A stretch of 64,000 bases of DNA, from assembly GCA_028279595.1 (NCBI GenBank), contig JANQNK010000003.1:128001-192000 (forward strand), read 5' to 3'. The notes below the pieces were generated by a model that saw only the letters and a list, made by a program, of their open reading frames with translations, did not search any database and was not told where the DNA came from. This stretch comes from Thermoplasmatota archaeon. GTDB lineage: Archaea; Thermoplasmatota; JAKEGO01. Shown in pieces: positions 54,746 through 62,933 of this stretch. Each line of letters opens with the position of its first letter. The stretch's first letter is position 1. The translations under genes were made by a program, and so were the position numbers.

Positions 54746-55885
54746 TCACCTCAGCAGGCTCCCCGCGATGACCATCCTCTGGACCTCGGATGTACCCTCG
54801 TAGAGCTCCGTGATCTTCGCGTCCCTGTACAGCCTCTCGACCGTGTAATCCTTAATGTAACCGTATCCGCCGTGGACCTGGATCGCATCCCGCGTTACGC
54901 GGACCGCCACGTCCGAGGCCATGAGCTTCGCCATCGCCGCGGCGACGCTGTACGGTTTTCCGGAATCCTTGATGTAGGCCGCCTTCCTCACCAGGTGGCG
55001 GGATGCGGCTATCTCTGTGGCCATGTCCGCCAGCATCCACTGGATGGCCTGGAACTTGGAGATGGCCTTTCCGAACTGCTCCCTCTCCTGGGAGTACTTC
55101 ACGCTCTCCTCCATCGCGGCCTGTGCGATCCCGACCGCCTGGGAGGCGATGCCGATCCTGCCGCCGTCCAGGGTTCCCATTGCGATCTTGAACCCCTTTC
55201 CCTCCTGTCCGAGGAGGTTGTCGGCCGGGACGGCCATGTCCTCGAAGAAGAGTTCGGCTGCTCCGTTCCCGCGGATACCCATCTTGTCCTCGACCTTCCC
55301 GACGGAGAAACCGGGGAACTCGCGCTCGACTATGAACGCGCTGATACCTCGCGCTCCAGCGGTCGGGTCCGTGAGTACGAATATGACGAACGTCTCTGCC
55401 GCCTCGGCGTTCGAGATGAAGACCTTTGAACCGTTGATGATGTACTCGTCGCCCTCCTTCACGGCGACGGACCTCTGGGACCCCGCGTCCGTCCCGGCTC
55501 CGGGTTCCGTTAGGCCGAACGCACCGAGACGTTCACCCCTGGCCACGGGGCCGAGGTACTGCTCCTTCTGGGACTCGGTACCGAACTTCTCGAGGGGGTG
55601 GCACACCAGTGAGTTGTTGACCGACATCAGTACGCCCGTCGTGGCGCAGGCCTTCGAGACCTCCTCCACGGCTATTGTGTAGGAAACGGAATCAACGCCT
55701 CCGCCGCCGTACTTCGGGTCCGTCATCATGCCGAGGAGCCCGAGCTTCGCTAGCTTCGGGACGGTCTCCCGGGGGAAACGGCCCTCCTGGTCGATCTCCT
55801 GCGCCAGGGGTGCTACCTCCTTCTCGGCGAAGTCCCGCACGGTCTGCTGGACGAGACGTTGCTCCTTCGTCAGTTGAAAATCCAT
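54746..55885 (-). CDS. Acyl-CoA dehydrogenase (butyryl-CoA dehydrogenase-like)
   Basis: LTEPGAGTD, NGSK.FI, KMGIRG, R.QFG, HGGYGY, YEGTSEVQ. Confidence 0.95.
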   Translation of the reverse strand: MDFQLTKEQRLVQQTVRDFAEKEVAPLAQEIDQEGRFPRETVPKLAKLGLLGMMTDPKYGGGGVDSVSYTIAVEEVSKACATTGVLMSVNNSLVCHPLEKFGTESQKEQYLGPVARGERLGAFGLTEPGAGTDAGSQRSVAVKEGDEYIINGSKVFISNAEAAETFVIFVLTDPTAGARGISAFIVEREFPGFSVGKVEDKMGIRGNGAAELFFEDMAVPADNLLGQEGKGFKIAMGTLDGGRIGIASQAVGIAQAAMEESVKYSQEREQFGKAISKFQAIQWMLADMATEIAASRHLVRKAAYIKDSGKPYSVAAAMAKLMASDVAVRVTRDAIQVHGGYGYIKDYTVERLYRDAKITELYEGTSEVQRMVIAGSLLR

Positions 55886-55987
55886 CTAGTGCACTCTCCA
55901 GATGTCTGGTCGAGCAATTGGATTTCCTTACTTAAACGTTTTCGTGACAGAGGGGTCCGACGGTCCCCTGACCAATCGATGAACGTC

Positions 55988-56004
55988 GTTACGGAATGCG
56001 TAAC
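55988..56004. promoter_or_regulatory. Palindrome upstream of the acyl-CoA dehydrogenase-etf promoter
   Basis: GTTACG-GAATG-CGTAAC. Confidence 0.35.
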
Positions 56005-56023
56005 TGAGATGGACCACTTGCGA

Positions 56024-57397
56024 CTATCTCAGAGTCCTCCTCCGGCGTTTCGCTGATATCGGGATGACCACCGCCATGGACAGGAATATCAGTCCTGCCT
56101 CGAATCCAGGCGTGCCCTCGTCCTCATCCTCGGCCTCCTTCGGCGAGATGTATGCCGTGTACACGGGATCGTGCTCGATCCGATAGCCGTTCCATTCGGG
56201 GAATGCCACGGCGTACCAGAAGTGACCGAACTTGAACGCATGGGCCGCGAAGAACATGAACACCTGGGGATTCTTGAACAGGGTCTGGTAGTAATCCGTC
56301 ATCGCGTAGCAGGTCAGGGTGAACAGTCCGAGCGAGAACCCTGCCTGCCATCTTACGATCCCGAACTCCTCGTTCCTTGGAGCGACGAGCATGTTGTACG
56401 CCTGGATGTCGTCGCCTATCGTGGTGCCGTTGGTCTCGTCGATGAGGTCGTACGTTCCCCTGTAACCGACCTTGAACGCCCTCTCGTTGCTTTCTCCTAC
56501 CTTGACCTCGAGGTCGTCCGTGACGTCGGTGATGTTCCCGTCGAGCTCGTTCCCGTCGAAGTGATGGAGTGCGAACTTCGATGTGAAGACGCTCACGTAG
56601 TGGACGACGGATATGCCCATCGTGTCGGGGATATCGGTGACATTGAGCTTGAATGGGATTCCGAGGAAGACCCCCCATAGTTCGGTGACCTGGCCGATCT
56701 CGTAGAACGTCTCCGCCCTGATGGTGTCCTCGCCGAAGGTCACCTCGTAGGTGATGGTCAGTTCACTGAACTTGACGATGTATCCGGTGGCGAGCCAGAT
56801 CGACAGCTGGTTGGGAACGGCGACGGCGTAGAGGTTCCGGTATCTCATCCCGAAGGTGTACGTGTGTCCGTCCTTGTCGATGTCTATGACGTCGACCTCC
56901 GGTGCGTAGGTCTCGTTCGTCTCGTTGCCGATGACCTCACCGATGCCGAACGGGATCGCGAACAGTGTCTCCTCGTTCCCGGGGTCCGGAAGCATGTTCT
57001 GACCGGGTCCGGTGCCGTTGTACGAGTCGTTGTAGGTCATCAGGAACGCCAGGACGGCGCCCAGGAAGACCTCGTGGCCGCCGGGGGTCCAGTAATGCAT
57101 CCCAAAGAGCTGGTACGGCAATGTGGAGACGTTGTTGTCCTTGGTGTAATCGCGGAACGCGATCAGGAACGCCTGTGCGTCCCCCTCCTGGACGTAGGAC
57201 ATCGCGAACCTCGCGTCCCCTCCGTCGTGTTCGATCGTTATGTTGTCGTTCGTCCACATGTCCTCCTCGAAGGTGTGTCCGAGGAGCTCCTCCTCCTGAC
57301 CCTTCTCCCATTCCGTCGGCACGACGGCCGATACATTGGGTGTCAGGAGCATTCCAACTACGATAACTATCACGTACGTTGTGACCCATCCCTTCAT
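56024..57397 (-). CDS. Secreted protein with PGF-CTERM archaeosortase signal
   Basis: Signal peptide; TPGFE + TM + KRRRR C-terminus. Confidence 0.85.
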   Translation of the reverse strand: MKGWVTTYVIVIVVGMLLTPNVSAVVPTEWEKGQEEELLGHTFEEDMWTNDNITIEHDGGDARFAMSYVQEGDAQAFLIAFRDYTKDNNVSTLPYQLFGMHYWTPGGHEVFLGAVLAFLMTYNDSYNGTGPGQNMLPDPGNEETLFAIPFGIGEVIGNETNETYAPEVDVIDIDKDGHTYTFGMRYRNLYAVAVPNQLSIWLATGYIVKFSELTITYEVTFGEDTIRAETFYEIGQVTELWGVFLGIPFKLNVTDIPDTMGISVVHYVSVFTSKFALHHFDGNELDGNITDVTDDLEVKVGESNERAFKVGYRGTYDLIDETNGTTIGDDIQAYNMLVAPRNEEFGIVRWQAGFSLGLFTLTCYAMTDYYQTLFKNPQVFMFFAAHAFKFGHFWYAVAFPEWNGYRIEHDPVYTAYISPKEAEDEDEGTPGFEAGLIFLSMAVVIPISAKRRRRTLR

Positions 57398-57612
57398 GGT
57401 TCCCACCTAAGTAAACATCGGACTCAGGGTATTTAATCGTACTGAAAACCGGATATGTCCCTCCCACCAGCCCCCCTCCCCAACCTAGAATGACACTCAG
57501 GACCTAGCGATGGGTCCATTAAGAAAACCATAACTGACCCCCCGCCGGGTCCCCCCCAACGTAGAATGACAGCCAGAATTGGACGACAGACCGAGGAACC
57601 AGGTCGAGTACC

Positions 57613-58002
57613 TTATGCTAGGTTGTCCAACATCATCTCGACGGCGGTGCCGATCTCGTCGCCCTCGTCTGAGGACCAGAAGCGTGAGAGAGACGTCTCG
57701 ATGCCACCGCGGACGTTGGCGGTCACAAGGACATGGACCCACTTCGGCTTTACCGCGTCAATGAAATCATCGACGACCGTGTTCAGGAGGTCCTCGTGTA
57801 TCGTGCGTTCGTCCAGGAACTCGACGAAGTAGAGCTTCAGGGACTTGAGCTCGACCAGGGCCGCCTCGGGCTCATAGGTGATCATCACCCTGTAGTAGTC
57901 CGGAAGCCCGGTCATCGGACAGCGGGAGACGACCTCCGCGGTGTCCAACCTGATGGCGTATCCCTTGTCTTCGTTGGTGTTCTCGAGGGTCTCCAATGTC
58001 AT
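57613..58002 (-). CDS. queF: QueF-family T-fold protein (preQ0 reductase-like)
   Basis: CP.TG.PD, ELKSLKLY QueF motif, HE, RGGI. Confidence 0.85.
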   Translation of the reverse strand: MTLETLENTNEDKGYAIRLDTAEVVSRCPMTGLPDYYRVMITYEPEAALVELKSLKLYFVEFLDERTIHEDLLNTVVDDFIDAVKPKWVHVLVTANVRGGIETSLSRFWSSDEGDEIGTAVEMMLDNLA

Positions 58003-58123
58003 CGATGTTCCTCCCCGCGGGATGATGAGGTCGGTCTCGATATAAATAAATCACCGCCGTGGGCCCGCAAATGTTCAAAGCGTTACAGATATGGTTATAT
58101 ACCCATCATTCCGAGGTAAGTTC

Positions 58124-58300
58124 GAGGGCGGGAAACGGCCCGGTCCAGCACTTATCGATCCTCGCGTTCCGGGCTCCATCCCCTTTTCAAGATCCCGCTC
58201 TCACAGACGCCACCCAATGGGGGCGTGGGAGCGGTCCTTCGCCGGGGTCCCGAAATGACCGGCATGCAGGACCACACCCCATACACCTCCTGCGCCCCCC
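58124..58300 (+). ncRNA. Candidate structured non-coding RNA
   Basis: TATA-like TTATATAC at 58095 and four consecutive GC-rich stems in an intergenic gap; no known family recognised. Confidence 0.3.
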
Positions 58301-58368
58301 AACCCATTTCCGTTACATTTCTGCAAAACGTTTAATATCGTCCGTTTGATAGTGTCCATGGTGCTCGT

Positions 58369-58887
58369 ATGAACGGTGAAGAAGCCCCTGGACAGGAATC
58401 CCGACAGCGCAACATCATGGACCTCGAGCTGAAGAAGGGCGTATCATATCTCATTGTAGATCACATCGAGGACGCATACACCCTCTTCAAACGCTATTCC
58501 AGGGAAGCGAAGGGTATGTGCGTCACGAGGACCCCTCCCGAGGAGGTCGAACATATTTACGACGTCCACAACGTCACCTTCAAGTGGCTGACGCACCTGA
58601 AGGTCGACCAGGGCGTCCGACCGACCGAGCTCCACATCCTCTTTCCCTCGATCCAGCAGTTCATGGAGGGTGGAGACTTCATCATAATCCTCGACGGTCT
58701 CGAGTACCTGAAGGTGCACAATGGCTTCGACGAGATATTGAAGTTCATCCAGTCCTTCAGGGACCACGTCTACATGAAGAAGGGACTTCTTCTCGTGCCG
58801 GTCTCCCATGATGCGCTATCACCCATGGAGATATCCCTGATTCGGAGGGACCTCATGCCGATCGAGGACCTCCTCAAGAAGCTCTAG
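58369..58887 (+). CDS. DUF835 domain protein
   Basis: CVTRTPP, WLT, V.PT.L, LDGLEYL...NGF....KF. Confidence 0.9.
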   Translation: MNGEEAPGQESRQRNIMDLELKKGVSYLIVDHIEDAYTLFKRYSREAKGMCVTRTPPEEVEHIYDVHNVTFKWLTHLKVDQGVRPTELHILFPSIQQFMEGGDFIIILDGLEYLKVHNGFDEILKFIQSFRDHVYMKKGLLLVPVSHDALSPMEISLIRRDLMPIEDLLKKL

Positions 58888-59699
58888 TTCTCCGTTTCCG
58901 GAACGGCCAGCTCCTCATCTGGAGCCTTGAGCAGGAGCCTGAGGTCGTCCAGGAGTCCGAGGTAGACGCCGTCGATCAGGAAAACCTTCGCCTTCTCAAG
59001 GTCGACGTAACCGTTCCGGAGGAACGGCCCGAGGAGGTCGTCGTCCTCGTTTACCGGAGATCCCGACCCGTACTCGCTGAATGCGGGCATTACGATGGCT
59101 TCGCCGTCAGGCTTCTCACCATACCTCTTCAGGAACGGCTCCTCGGCGATCGGTGCGCGCATCCAGCAGACCTCCGACATTCGGGTACCGAGGTCGTCCC
59201 TGAACGCTACGGAAGGGTGCTGATGCCCCATTACAACGACCTTCTGTTTCGCCACCTCAGGAGTAGGATATGAATGACCGTGGAACAGACCAACTCCCTC
59301 AATCACGATACCTGTCGCCGGATGGACCGTGATAAGTTCGGGATAGTCGGCCCAGCCCGGGACCAGTTTGGACAACGATCCGTCGTGGTTACCTGGGACA
59401 ATGTGTACGGGAACGATGTCTGCGACCGCCTTGAGGAAGTTCGGGACCTCGTCGGCCTCCTGCTGCGCTATGGCCCCTATAGAGTTCTTGACATCTCCGA
59501 GAAGGACGATCTCCTCGGCGCCGGTGTCCTCCACGAGCGATTTGATTCGTCTCAGAAGTCCCTTTGTCTGGCTAGGTAAAGTGACACCTGCGTCATGGTA
59601 CTCGGCCTCGATACCGACGTGGAGGTCCGCTATCACCAGGACCTTCCTCTTGCCGTCGATGAGGAGCGCAGCCTCGTCGGGCACGGGTTCTACGTTCAC
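58884..59699 (-). CDS. Metallophosphoesterase (calcineurin-like)
   Basis: ADLHVG, LGD, GNHD, HGH, GHQHP, PAF; GTG start at 59699. Confidence 0.9.
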   Translation of the reverse strand: MNVEPVPDEAALLIDGKRKVLVIADLHVGIEAEYHDAGVTLPSQTKGLLRRIKSLVEDTGAEEIVLLGDVKNSIGAIAQQEADEVPNFLKAVADIVPVHIVPGNHDGSLSKLVPGWADYPELITVHPATGIVIEGVGLFHGHSYPTPEVAKQKVVVMGHQHPSVAFRDDLGTRMSEVCWMRAPIAEEPFLKRYGEKPDGEAIVMPAFSEYGSGSPVNEDDDLLGPFLRNGYVDLEKAKVFLIDGVYLGLLDDLRLLLKAPDEELAVPETEN

Positions 59700-59858
59700 G
59701 AGCCACCCAAAGCGGACATGTGTAAAAAGGGTATCCCGAAGCCGAACGAACTGATAGCAGGAGCACTGGGACCGGGCGCTTAAGACCACGTTGACCTCCA
59801 TGAATAACGTCCGGGCCAAGTGCTCCCTCATCCGGTTATGAAAATTGATAATTGGAGA

Positions 59859-59886
59859 CCACCCCCGGGCCCATCCCCGGGGGTGG
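59859..59886 (-). terminator. Perfect 11-bp hairpin directly 3' of the tRNA-end fragment
   Basis: CCACCCCCGGG-N6-CCCGGGGGTGG. Confidence 0.55.
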
Positions 59887-59887
59887 A

Positions 59888-59905
59888 TGGTGGGAGCACT
59901 GGGAT
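59888..59905 (-). repeat. tRNA 3'-end fragment, candidate att site
   Basis: Minus strand ATCCCAGTGCTCCCACCA = T-stem 3' strand + acceptor 3' strand + A73 + CCA; no 5' half upstream. Confidence 0.65.
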
Positions 59906-60020
59906 GAGAAGCCCACCGAGTACCTTGAGAATCTGAATCAATACGGCCAATTCATTCGAGAATTGTTCTCGAACCGTCCTCCGAGGATCGGTCAAACCGC
60001 TTAGTTAGGGTTGATGTACA

Positions 60021-60149
60021 ATGGAATCGGAACTGAGTGATGAGGTTAACGAGAGGAAAGAACTAAAGAAGCACGCCGAGGACATCGAAAAGGCATTCGA
60101 CTACAATCCCGAATGGAACCACCTGAAAAAGAAGAAGAAGAAGAGGTGA
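60021..60149 (+). CDS. 42-aa charged peptide with poly-Lys tail
   Basis: Hand translation MESELSDEVNERKELKKHAEDIEKAFDYNPEWNHLKKKKKKR; stop lies within the GAGGTGA SD of the next ORF. Confidence 0.55.
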   Translation: MESELSDEVNERKELKKHAEDIEKAFDYNPEWNHLKKKKKKR

Positions 60150-60153
60150 ATTT

Positions 60154-60540
60154 ATGGAATCATCGGGGACTGAACTTCCTGAATTCTCTCATTTCGACGT
60201 TGCACCTCACGGCATACCCATTCGAGTTGACATTCCAAAGGACGGTGTCTATGTCGGCCGTGTTCTCGAATCGGAACTCCTTAATCCGAATAAGGAACCG
60301 GTGAACTCCGTCTTCTATCATGTGAAGATCCTCACGGTAGAGTGTGAGTGTGAACCTTCTCTTACCGTTTACGATATTCCTCGACTCCGCTGTCCAATAG
60401 ACGAGCAGGAAATCGTGTCCATTGGAAACGTCCTTGTCATCAATGTATTCCTCATGAGTCAACGGATGGTTTTGACTCCTTTATCCGAAATCAAGCAGTC
60501 ATTGAACATGATCAAAGAGGTCCAGGGGGCTTTGTTTTGA
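60154..60540 (+). CDS. Hypothetical protein
   Basis: 128-aa ORF with GAGGTGA SD; stop overlaps next start. Confidence 0.65.
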   Translation: MESSGTELPEFSHFDVAPHGIPIRVDIPKDGVYVGRVLESELLNPNKEPVNSVFYHVKILTVECECEPSLTVYDIPRLRCPIDEQEIVSIGNVLVINVFLMSQRMVLTPLSEIKQSLNMIKEVQGALF

Positions 60541-60947
60541 AGTTGTCACCTGAGGAGACGATCACTCATACGCAAGCTGGCTCGTCACGTCTCCTTCAAG
60601 AGCGGAACGTCCCCATCGATACAGTCCTCCCCCCGGACCTCGTCCTCCTCACAGTGTTCGTTGAATGCAAGAACGGAATGGCCGTCAGAGACTATGATGT
60701 AGTAGTGACGGGTGAGGACGAAGTCTTCCGAGGTAGAACCGATAAGACCGGCCACATCGACTTCTATGTCCCTGACGGTCAAGAGATGATGATCGTCAAC
60801 GGGGATGACGTTTACGAACTGTACATGGAAGGCAACGGATATGTAACGCTTACGTCTCCGACGGACCTACCGCCGAAAAGACCACCTTCAGCGTCACTTC
60901 TCGAATCATTGCTATTGCCACAGGGTAGTCAACGTCCTTCCACTTAG
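60537..60947 (+). CDS. Hypothetical protein, possible carboxypeptidase-regulatory-like beta-sandwich
   Basis: TTG start in TTGA overlap; LTV.V....G..V....V.V........TD..G pattern. Confidence 0.55.
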   Translation: MKLSPEETITHTQAGSSRLLQERNVPIDTVLPPDLVLLTVFVECKNGMAVRDYDVVVTGEDEVFRGRTDKTGHIDFYVPDGQEMMIVNGDDVYELYMEGNGYVTLTSPTDLPPKRPPSASLLESLLLPQGSQRPST

Positions 60948-61229
60948 TGTCACGCTTTTCGCATGTCGTCCGGGGTATTGGTGATTCCGATCCTCTCTCA
61001 TCTTCTCCCGGGCCCCCGGACGGCATGTATTATAAATTCGATAAGTAATTCCAATATCCCAACTGATGAATGAGATAATACTATGACAAATGTAGAAGGA
61101 TACTATTCATCTATTTTGTAATTGGTTCAGTTACGATTATAATAATTCGTATTCCCAATTGAAGGATATGAATAGGATCCATATTTAGTTGTTCTAATGT
61201 AGATGATGAGTTTAACCGGGAATAAGAAA

Positions 61230-61510
61230 ATTGGTAGAGATGTACCTCACCAGTAACTAACGACATCGAAGACGATGGTATACTTGAACATTATTTTGTA
61301 ACTGACAATGGTTACACATATGTTATTAAACCATATGGTGGATATATATGGAAGGTACGTACCAAGGGTAATTTCAGAGGTACTGGGTGCTTTGTTTTTT
61401 CTTGCTAGGGCATGGTAAGTTAATATTTGATAATCTGATGATGATAACAATAATTATACACCATTGATGCAAAGAAAGGTGTTATATTATATACATTAAA
61501 ACAACTGTAA
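61230..61510 (+). pseudogene. Decayed FG-GAP/PQQ-like beta-propeller gene fragments
   Basis: Stop- and frameshift-interrupted pieces SPVTNDIEDDGILEHYFVTDNGYTYVIKPYGGYIWK and LYTIDAKKGVILY. Confidence 0.5.
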
Positions 61511-61694
61511 GAAACTGTTCTATTAACCAATATCCATTGGAATGAATAATTAAAAATAGAAGTATAATAAATTGGTTTCAATCCTATAGTACTGTTATGG
61601 TATTGTTTTATTATTAGAAGATGTCGCTATCTAATGTATATTTATGGTCATATACTATTTATACCTGTAAATTCGCTTCTATTTTGTTAATGAA

Positions 61695-61940
61695 TTGAAG
61701 TGGTCAATGGTCTTACGACGTGATAGTATGGGCTCTAGAAACCTAAAAAAGATTAGCGTGAAAAAGATCAAATTTTATTCTTATTTATTGTTATATTTGA
61801 TTGGATGGGTATTTTTTATCGTGGGTACAGTTCATTTAATATTGTGTTACGACCAAAAAGACTTTCGGACTCCATTTATTCTAATTATAGGTATAAATTT
61901 AATTTTCTTGAGTTTATACCATATTGACTCGGATTACTAG
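61695..61940 (+). CDS. Small 2-TM membrane protein
   Basis: Basic N-terminus and two hydrophobic segments; AT-rich, so could be spurious. Confidence 0.45.
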   Translation: MKWSMVLRRDSMGSRNLKKISVKKIKFYSYLLLYLIGWVFFIVGTVHLILCYDQKDFRTPFILIIGINLIFLSLYHIDSDY

Positions 61941-61972
61941 TGTTAACCGATAAGGCTATCCAAGTATCGGGG

Positions 61973-62016
61973 CGTTGTTTTACACGTGTACCCGTCTCAC
62001 ACGTGTAACAACAACG
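61973..62016. repeat. Nested palindrome
   Basis: CGTTGTTTTACACGTGT-N9-ACACGTGTAACAACAACG; each arm contains palindromic ACACGTGT. Confidence 0.75.
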
Positions 62017-62451
62017 TAGGCGGGAGATGAACGGTAACGTTCATCGAGGGGGCTATTCCCTATACTGTTTTTCAATTCTAACCGTAATAGGTATTGTCTC
62101 CGTGGATCTACCGTCGCACCCTCCCGTTAGGACGACAGAAGGAGGGGCGGTCTATTCTTTTCTACCTCGATCTTCTCTGTATTCTCTATGCCCCTCCCGG
62201 CGTCCGTGGGGAGGGGTGCCGACCGGGTCGCCGCAGGCGACCCCTATGAATCTAATTTAAGGTCGGCAGGTTGAGAGGAATTAGAATGTTTGAAAATGAA
62301 AACATTAGCTATTCCTATGAAATTCTTAAGAAAACGTCCGAAAAGGGGTTGTGAGAACTCTTTGGGGATTTTCATTTTATAAATACTTTGGATACAATGG
62401 TCCTAAAGTTATATGTAGTATACAAGTATATACACTAAAAGTAGTGGTAAA

Positions 62452-62742
62452 ATGGGCGATTACACGACCGTAAAGATCAGCAAGGATACTCTTCGATTAA
62501 TGGACCGCGTTCAATCCTTTTTCACCTATCGTTACGGTAAGAAATTGACCAAGGATCAAGTCCTTCGTACAGCTCTTCTCAAGTTCGATTATCGACTAGC
62601 TAGTAATCTTCATCAAACGGACCTCTCTTTCAACGAATATATCAAGATGCTCGAGGACGACGTCGGCTTGTCTTCGTCCGAAGGAGAATGGAAGACCTTC
62701 AAGGGCGTGAAAGTGTGGTGCGGTCCCGTCAATAAACGTTAA
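62452..62742 (+). CDS. Ribbon-helix-helix-like DNA-binding protein
   Basis: TTVKISKDTLRLMD...GKKLTKDQVLRTAL strand-helix-helix pattern. Confidence 0.65.
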   Translation: MGDYTTVKISKDTLRLMDRVQSFFTYRYGKKLTKDQVLRTALLKFDYRLASNLHQTDLSFNEYIKMLEDDVGLSSSEGEWKTFKGVKVWCGPVNKR

Positions 62743-62933
62743 TACTGTTTTACTGAAATTGGAGTTGGGGGTCCCCCGGTAATAACATGAGATCATTTCG
62801 GAGGTAAGTACCGGATCGGACACGGTCCCTTCGTAATTCACTGGGATTACAAATAAAAACCTACCACGTAAAAAAATGGTCAATGGAGATATAAGGGATG
62901 GTGGACTATTTGAAAATAGCGGAGTGGTGATAT

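Noticed and set aside
57478-57576. Mini CRISPR array
   Set aside because: Only two imperfect units, no cas genes and no leader
57499-58060. preQ1 riboswitch associated with queF
   Set aside because: queF has a TATA-like box about 40 nt upstream, leaving no room; the stem plus A-rich tail near 57500 is downstream, antisense and does not fit the consensus
1010-59740. Recurrent ATAAA(A)GG(G)T motif in intergenic gaps as a novel dispersed repeat
   Set aside because: Its position upstream of minus-strand genes fits ordinary archaeal BRE/TATA promoters
59755-59915. Intact, split or permuted tRNA gene
   Set aside because: GGGAGCA on the minus strand is followed by C rather than U8, and no D-arm, anticodon arm or bulge-helix-bulge pairing can be built; only a 3' fragment is supported
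62225-62247. REP element of a RAYT/IS200 system
   Set aside because: Reverse strand begins ATAG rather than GTAG, single copy, and no HUH transposase in the window
62286-62354. 22-aa ORF with an SD-like GAGG
   Set aside because: Too short and no supporting motif or paralog
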